The translations under genes were made by a program, and so were the position numbers. Below are positions 58,667-64,000 of a DNA stretch of 64,000 bases, in pieces. The notes beneath the pieces are model-generated. The model made no database searches. It saw nothing but the letters and a program-made list of their open reading frames with translations, and was not told the DNA's origin. How positions within the stretch are numbered: position 1 is the stretch's first letter; the number at the start of each line of letters is the position of its first letter. This DNA comes from an uncultured Desulfobacteraceae bacterium. Its GTDB lineage: Bacteria; Desulfobacterota; Desulfobacteria; Desulfobacterales; UBA11574. The DNA is taken from contig CAZQAF010000005.1 in assembly GCA_964591175.1 (NCBI GenBank), positions 18,256 through 82,255 on the forward strand. The letters run 5' to 3'.

Positions 58667-60130
58667 TTACTCAAAAATGAATGATTGGACTCCCGGGATC
58701 TCTTGTTTAATGCGTTCCCTGACATCTTCAGGAACAATCGATTGGGGCGGTTTTGTCAAAATGTCCCGCACTTTTTCGGCGGCTCGCTGACGAATATCTT
58801 TTGCGCCGTCCTCCTGCCAGCGATCACGGTTTTCCCTGTCGCTGAGCAGTGGTTTATAAAGTTCCGAACGCATATGACGTCGGGTATGGCGGGAGGAGAT
58901 AAAATGCCCGCCGGGTCCTGCTTTTTTTATCAGATCAAATGCCAGGGTCTCGTCGTTCACCTTGATGCCGTCTACCGCCCGCATGATCATGCCGATAATT
59001 TCGTTGTCTATGACCAGCTTGTCATAGGACGCCGTCATGCAGAATTCCAAAAATCCTGCAGCATCATGGATGAAGTTACCGCCGGCCAGGGCAACCATCA
59101 GATTGGTAATGGCCGATTCATATCCTGCCTGGGCATCGTTGACTTTGGCGTCGGACATGCCCGCGGTGACATAGATCGGCAATTTATAAAATCGGGCCAT
59201 CTGGGATGCGGCGGCGTTCATCAATCCCATTTCAACCGCGCCCGAAAGATATTTCATATTTCGCAGATCGGTAATGGACGAAATACAGCCATAAAGGGTC
59301 GGGGTTCCGGGGCTGGTCATTTGAGCCAGCATAACGCCCGCCAAAGAATCCACATTCTGTATCACCAGATTCCCTGCCAGCGTCATGGGACTGGTGGCCC
59401 CGCACAGCGGTTCCGAGGGCACCACTACCGGAATTCGATGTCTGGCCGCTTCCATGGTGAGCCCGGCATAGGTCTCGTCCAGTGTCAGGGGACTGATAAC
59501 GCAGGTGACCATGGAAATAAACGGTCGCTCCCTGAGCTTATCTGGAGATCCGGCAATGAGTTCCGCCATTTTAATCACGTTTCGCACCCCTTCAGGGGTG
59601 TAAACGCCACCGATCACGTGTTTTCGGGTATGATTCAGGGCTGCGCCAAAACGATTGACATCCACATCTTTTTTGGAGAGATCATTGGGATACACGTTGA
59701 GCATGTAAAAGTGGATGTTGTCCAGTACATCCACCAGACGAGCCATATCGACGATGTCTTCGAGTATTGAACTTCGCGCATCTTGGCTTCCTGACTCCTG
59801 TACGTTCAAAGCCGTGCCGCCGGTTCCGAAATATACTTTATTTCCGCCGATTTCACAGTCCAGATCTCCGTTTTCTTCACGACCGCAGAGAAATACCGTA
59901 GAAGGCGCCTTCTGTATCCACTTTGTCACCATTTCCGGCGGGATTTTGACCACCCGGTCGGATTTATCGACGCTTGCGCCGTTTTTTTCAAAAAGTGCCA
60001 GCGCTTCCGGAAATTTTACCCTCACGCCCACTTCGGCGAATACCTTGAGACTGGTTTCATGAATCTTAACCATGTCCTTTTCTGAGATGACTTTATATTG
60101 TCCTCCGGGTAAACCTTTTCTTGTTTTCAT
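58667..60130 (-). CDS. MttB-superfamily methyltransferase, non-pyrrolysine (paralogue 4)
   Basis: Uninterrupted 487 aa. Blocks AGMSDAKVNDAQAG and LAFDLIKKAGPGGHF. By eye, most similar to paralogue 1. Confidence 0.88.
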   Translation of the reverse strand: MKTRKGLPGGQYKVISEKDMVKIHETSLKVFAEVGVRVKFPEALALFEKNGASVDKSDRVVKIPPEMVTKWIQKAPSTVFLCGREENGDLDCEIGGNKVYFGTGGTALNVQESGSQDARSSILEDIVDMARLVDVLDNIHFYMLNVYPNDLSKKDVDVNRFGAALNHTRKHVIGGVYTPEGVRNVIKMAELIAGSPDKLRERPFISMVTCVISPLTLDETYAGLTMEAARHRIPVVVPSEPLCGATSPMTLAGNLVIQNVDSLAGVMLAQMTSPGTPTLYGCISSITDLRNMKYLSGAVEMGLMNAAASQMARFYKLPIYVTAGMSDAKVNDAQAGYESAITNLMVALAGGNFIHDAAGFLEFCMTASYDKLVIDNEIIGMIMRAVDGIKVNDETLAFDLIKKAGPGGHFISSRHTRRHMRSELYKPLLSDRENRDRWQEDGAKDIRQRAAEKVRDILTKPPQSIVPEDVRERIKQEIPGVQSFIFE

Positions 60131-60176
60131 TTTTTCTCACTTTTTATAATTAATGCTGGGAACGATGTTTAAAATT

Positions 60177-60848
60177 CTATGTTCTTCGTGCAGAACAATT
60201 CCGGCGGTTGCATTCAGAACATGGATTATATGATTGTTCCCTTGGGTTAGAATCAGCCGGTGTTATTCCGAAAACACCGGAGATGGATTTACGGGGCTTC
60301 ATAAAGCAGGAATTTGTGAGTTCGACCTCCAACTCGTTTGAATCGAAGAGACCGAACAATTTTTTTTGATCGGTAATCGGCCAGTCGCAATATCCAGGGC
60401 TAAAACAAAGCGTTATTTGTTTGTTTTGGTCTTTATATACATCCTTCATATGCTGATGAAACATTCCCACCATGTTGTCTGCGGCCGCAGATGCCATGGC
60501 ATCGAGGATATATGCTTGCGCCAAGTGCTTTTCTTCCATAAGCTGATTGATCTTGTCTTCAATGCTGTCTCCCAATGTGGCGATATAACATGTAATTTCA
60601 TCACAATGCTTTAACGTTCTTGAAAGTTTGTTGCTTTTAAATTCCTGACCTTCTTCAAGGAGAACTTCCCCTTTTTCCACCGAATCGATCCCCATGTTTC
60701 GGTGGCACAGATTCGGTTCGATAAGTTTTTCAAACATGGGTTTCATTCGTTTTATTTTCGAGCGGGTTGACCGGGGAATAGTATCAAATTCGTCACCGCC
60801 CAAAAGTTTGGCCAGGGTATCCTTTTCTATAATTGGTTTAATTTCCAT
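60177..60848 (-). CDS. Methionine synthase (MetH) activation-domain-like protein
   Basis: 223 aa. FSPGYCDWPITDQKKLF ... MKPRKSISGVFGI resembles the SAM-binding reactivation domain of MetH. Cys-rich C-terminus CSECNRRNC. Confidence 0.7.
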   Translation of the reverse strand: MEIKPIIEKDTLAKLLGGDEFDTIPRSTRSKIKRMKPMFEKLIEPNLCHRNMGIDSVEKGEVLLEEGQEFKSNKLSRTLKHCDEITCYIATLGDSIEDKINQLMEEKHLAQAYILDAMASAAADNMVGMFHQHMKDVYKDQNKQITLCFSPGYCDWPITDQKKLFGLFDSNELEVELTNSCFMKPRKSISGVFGITPADSNPREQSYNPCSECNRRNCSARRT

Positions 60849-60908
60849 TTTAAAGGTATCAATATCTCAGCTATAAATGCTTTAGTAAGGATTATTTTGA
60901 TTGAAACA

Positions 60909-60935
60909 ATTATAACAATAAAAATCTTTTGTAAA
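60909..60935 (-). promoter_or_regulatory. Putative sigma-70 promoter for the methyltransferase gene string
   Basis: On the minus strand: TTTACA (60930-60935), a 15-nt spacer, then a perfect TATAAT (60909-60914), about 60 nt upstream of the ATG at 60848. The spacer is shorter than optimal. Confidence 0.3.
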
Positions 60936-61007
60936 GTCTTTTTTTCAGTAATCTCCGGGTAGGGCGGTTTGCGGAAGAGGGCAGTGACTAAAAAAAAATC
61001 TGAAGCG

Positions 61008-61499
61008 CTATTTGACTTCCAACTCCTGGACATCCAACATGTCGGTCAACATGTTCAGGGCATTTACAATCTGCGTCTTTTTGGCGTTTTTCGTTTGTTT
61101 CAGACCGTCAATGATCTTTTGCTGGATGGGAGGCGGGGCATGTTCGGCCAATTTCTTTCCGGTATGGGTAAGTTGGATGGTAATCATGCGTCGATCCGGA
61201 GAATTTCGCATTCGTTCTGCAAGGCCTTTTTTTTCCAAACGATCCACAACGCCGGTGACGGTGCTGGATTTGACCATCATATGCTGAGCAATTTTAGATG
61301 GCGGCAACGGGCCATACTCATAGAGCGTCAGGATGCAGTTAAGTTGTGCTGCGCTGATCTGGTATTTTTTGTTCAATTCTTTGCTATAGAGCTCGCTCGC
61401 TTGAATAAGCCTGCGGATAGAAAAGATGATTTGTTTGGTCTGGTCGGACGGAAATATTTTTTCCTTAGTATTCAGATGGTCGGCAGCGTCGGTTGACAT
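61008..61499 (-). CDS. MarR family transcriptional regulator
   Basis: 163 aa. Winged-helix block LTLYEYGPLPPSKIAQHMMVKSSTVTGVVDRLEKKGLAERMRNSPDRRMITIQLT. Confidence 0.88.
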   Translation of the reverse strand: MSTDAADHLNTKEKIFPSDQTKQIIFSIRRLIQASELYSKELNKKYQISAAQLNCILTLYEYGPLPPSKIAQHMMVKSSTVTGVVDRLEKKGLAERMRNSPDRRMITIQLTHTGKKLAEHAPPPIQQKIIDGLKQTKNAKKTQIVNALNMLTDMLDVQELEVK

Positions 61500-61552
61500 T
61501 TTATTTTGTTCCTGTTAAAAAATTTTTACCTCAAACATTTATTACTGCAGAT

Positions 61553-61573
61553 AAATCAATAAATCAATATAAT
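61553..61573 (+). promoter_or_regulatory. Tandem AAATCAAT repeat overlapping a TATAAT box (candidate operator/promoter of the ABC operon)
   Basis: AAATCAAT at 61553-61560 and 61561-61568, and TATAAT at 61568-61573. Located in the divergent marR / ABC intergenic region. No good -35. Confidence 0.35.
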
Positions 61574-61641
61574 TTGTATTCTCTAAACGATTATTTTATT
61601 TTCATATCAGATGGTTTTTTCAACCGAGCTTTAAAAAGATC

Positions 61642-62385
61642 ATGATCAAACTAACCCGTGTTTTTAAAACATTTGACGGCGGCCAATCATATGCGGTCAA
61701 AGATCTTTCTCTGAATGTCGACAGGGGAGAGACGCTCGTACTTTTGGGCTCATCGGGTTGCGGTAAAACCACCACACTAAAAATGGTCAATCGTCTGATA
61801 GAACCGACCAAAGGAATCATTGAAGTTTCCGGAAAGAATGTCTTGGATTACAATGCCGTAAGTTTGCGTCGTCAAATCGGTTATGTATTTCAGGGGATCG
61901 GCCTGTTTCCCCATATGACGATTGAACAAAATGTTGAAATCGTACCGCGGCTCCTCGGGTGGTCGACTCGTTCACGACAAGAACGCATTGAGGAACTATT
62001 GGATCTTGTCGGGCTGCCGGCCGGGAGTTTTGCCGAAAGGTTCCCCGATGAACTGTCCGGCGGCCAGCAGCAAAGGGTCGGTGTTGCCCGTGCCCTGGCG
62101 GCAAACCCTGCTTATTTGCTCATGGATGAGCCGTTCGGCGCTTTGGACGCCCTTACGCGTGAAGCGCTTCAACAGGAATTGTTGAGCTTGAAAAATCAGC
62201 TTAAAAAAACCATTGTTTTTGTCACCCATGACCTTCATGAAGCAATGCTCCTTGGAGACCGTATTGCCATTCTGCACGATGGTGGGCTGGAACAGATTGG
62301 GACGAAAGAGGATATCTTGAATACGCCGGCAACCCAATTCGTAAAAGATTTGTTTTCGATAAGGCGGTCGGGGACCTGGAAGTAA
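61642..62385 (+). CDS. ABC transporter ATP-binding protein, osmoprotectant (OpuB/OpuC) type, without CBS domains
   Basis: Walker A GSSGCGKTT, signature LSGGQQQRVGVARAL and Walker B LLMDEPFGALD. At 247 aa there is no room for the C-terminal CBS pair. Confidence 0.9.
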   Translation: MIKLTRVFKTFDGGQSYAVKDLSLNVDRGETLVLLGSSGCGKTTTLKMVNRLIEPTKGIIEVSGKNVLDYNAVSLRRQIGYVFQGIGLFPHMTIEQNVEIVPRLLGWSTRSRQERIEELLDLVGLPAGSFAERFPDELSGGQQQRVGVARALAANPAYLLMDEPFGALDALTREALQQELLSLKNQLKKTIVFVTHDLHEAMLLGDRIAILHDGGLEQIGTKEDILNTPATQFVKDLFSIRRSGTWK

Positions 62386-62398
62386 AGAGGTGCATTGA

Positions 62399-63991
62399 AT
62401 GAGCATTGACGCTTTGATTGCGTACGTCCTCCAACGATTGCCCGAACTCTGGCTTCGAACCGGGGAACATCTTATGTTGACGGGATGCTCTACGCTGGCC
62501 GCCATGTTTATCGGGATTCCCGTGGGGATCTTTATCTATCGGACCAAATGGCTGCGCGGACCGGTAATGGGCGTCATTGGCATCCTTCAAACAATTCCGA
62601 GTCTGGCCATGCTGGTCTTTTTGCTGGCACTGCTCAAAGAAATCGGTGTCATACCTGCCCTAATCGCCCTCACGCTCTATGCATTGCTCCCGATCGCCAG
62701 GAACACGCTTACGGGACTTGAAGAAGTTTCCGCTGAAGTAATGGAAGCCGCGGAGGGGATCGGCATGCAGGAATACCAGCAGCTCATGATGGTCAGAATC
62801 CCTTTGGCTGCGCCGGTGATTGCGGCAGGCATTCGCACTGCGGCAGTGGTCGGCGTGGGGATTGCCACCCTTTCAGCGTTCATCGGCGCCGGCGGACTGG
62901 GCCAGTTCATTAATCGCGGCCTGGCCCTGGCCAACACAAAGCTCATTCTTCTCGGTGCAATTCCCGCCGCACTTCTCGCCTTGATGGTTGACTTTTCCAT
63001 CGGTGCCTTTGAATGGGCGCTCCGTTCGGAACGAAAAAAGGATAAAAAAAGATCGGCAAAGTCATTCATGCGGCGGCCGGCCTTAATGCTGCCGGTTGCT
63101 TTAGTCTTAGTCGGAATCGTTACCAACTTTACGAAACCCGGATGGATTTCCGGCCCCCAAGCATCACTGGAAAACGGGCATGAAATTGTCAGGATCGGAT
63201 CCAAGAATTTTACGGAACAGCTCATCTTAGGGGAAATGATGGCCCGGTTGATTGAGGCAAAGACGGATTTAATGGTTCAACGCCGGTTTAACCTCGGCGG
63301 CACCATGATCTGTCACGGGGCGTTGGTCAACGGAGAGATCGATCTTTATGCCGAATATACGGGGACCGCGTTGACCGCGATTCTAAAGCATGCGGTGATG
63401 ACCGATCCCGAAAAAGCCCTGCGGTATGTAACCAAAACATACCATCAGCGGTTTGATTTGCAATGGCTCAAACCCTTTGGGTTCAACAATACTTACGCCA
63501 TTACCGTCCGAAAAGCCGATGCTTTGCAAAACAGATGGAGCAAAATATCCGACCTCGAAAAATCCGCGGATGTGCTTATTGCGGGTTTCACTGCTGAATT
63601 TTCGGAAAGGCCTGATGGTTACCCAGGGCTCCGCCGAATCTATCACCTGCATTTTGGCGATGTTCTGGATTTTGATCCGTCTTTGATGTATGAAGCCATT
63701 CGTAACAAAAAAGTGGATGTGATCTGTGCGTTTGCCACCGACGGCCGTATTGCAGCATATCATTTAAAACCGCTCAAAGACGACCGTAAATTTTTCCCGC
63801 CCTACTATGCGGCTCCGGTGATCAGAGAAGAAATACTGAAGGTTCATCCGGAACTCGGCGATGTTTTATCGCTTTTGGGAGGACGCATCGATGATGCTGA
63901 GATGCAGCATTTGAATTTTGAGGTAGACGGGAAAAAAAGAAGCATCGCCGAGGTGGTGGAAGAATTTTTAAAAGCGAAGAAACTACTTTAA
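62399..63991 (+). CDS. Fused ABC permease / substrate-binding protein for quaternary amines (OpuBB-OpuBC type)
   Basis: N-terminal polytopic permease half, then a TM linker (LMLPVALVLVGIV). The C-terminal OpuAC-type binding domain begins IGSKNFTEQLILGEMMARLIE. Confidence 0.88.
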   Translation: MSIDALIAYVLQRLPELWLRTGEHLMLTGCSTLAAMFIGIPVGIFIYRTKWLRGPVMGVIGILQTIPSLAMLVFLLALLKEIGVIPALIALTLYALLPIARNTLTGLEEVSAEVMEAAEGIGMQEYQQLMMVRIPLAAPVIAAGIRTAAVVGVGIATLSAFIGAGGLGQFINRGLALANTKLILLGAIPAALLALMVDFSIGAFEWALRSERKKDKKRSAKSFMRRPALMLPVALVLVGIVTNFTKPGWISGPQASLENGHEIVRIGSKNFTEQLILGEMMARLIEAKTDLMVQRRFNLGGTMICHGALVNGEIDLYAEYTGTALTAILKHAVMTDPEKALRYVTKTYHQRFDLQWLKPFGFNNTYAITVRKADALQNRWSKISDLEKSADVLIAGFTAEFSERPDGYPGLRRIYHLHFGDVLDFDPSLMYEAIRNKKVDVICAFATDGRIAAYHLKPLKDDRKFFPPYYAAPVIREEILKVHPELGDVLSLLGGRIDDAEMQHLNFEVDGKKRSIAEVVEEFLKAKKLL

Positions 63992-64000
63992 AAAAATTAC

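Noticed and set aside
58685-59770. 361-aa plus-strand ORF, the longest of many long antisense ORFs in the MttB/RACo region. Others include 48163-48861, 47389-47928, 43589-44176, 59715-60062 and 60969-61496.
   Set aside because: Each lies entirely opposite a minus-strand gene with unmistakable family motifs. Their translations are low-complexity (Gly/Arg/His-rich) with no motifs and no RBS. They look like open antisense frames produced by codon bias rather than genes.
45799-60130. Possibility that one of the MttB genes is a pyrrolysine (UAG read-through) trimethylamine methyltransferase.
   Set aside because: All four frames are continuous, full-length (478-512 aa) and have complete N-termini. 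No split ORF pair joined by an in-frame TAG is visible, and no pylTSBCD genes lie in the window.

Overview
64-kb chromosomal segment whose gene content suggests an anaerobic, probably marine, sulfate-reducing deltaproteobacterium (Desulfobacterales-like). That placement is inference only. I support about 60 protein genes. I recognised no rRNA, tRNA, CRISPR array, transposase or integrase. Housekeeping genes (secA truncated at the window edge, clpS-clpA-aat, kdsB, guaA, efp, metK) are interleaved with six accessory modules. (1) 6.4-19.4 kb: an MSHA-like type IV pilus cluster, preceded by a perfectly duplicated sigma-54 promoter and closed by a 908-aa pilin-lectin fusion. (2) 19.6-24.5 kb: small c-di-GMP/chemotaxis-flavoured genes (PilZ, CheX), two Arg-rich DRR-repeat miniproteins, and a 59-aa Cys-rich ORF below the ORF-track cutoff. 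(3) 30.0-33.1 kb: an MrfA-type helicase fused to an MrfB-like exonuclease. (4) 36.8-43.0 kb: a sucrose operon (fructokinase, sucrose-phosphate synthase, sucrose synthase). (5) 43.1-60.8 kb: 17 co-directional genes for corrinoid-dependent demethylation of methylated amines. They include four diverged non-pyrrolysine MttB paralogues, two corrinoid proteins, two pterin methyltransferases and two kinds of corrinoid reactivation factor. This block is interrupted by a tight SAM-methyltransferase / AsnB-like amidotransferase / MetK trio, which I consider the best candidate for an undescribed pathway. (6) 61.0-64.0 kb: a MarR regulator plus a betaine-type ABC importer. All calls rest on motif recognition by eye and on the supplied ORF track; no database search or computation was run. 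Several start codons were re-assigned from the ORF track using ATG/RBS inspection.
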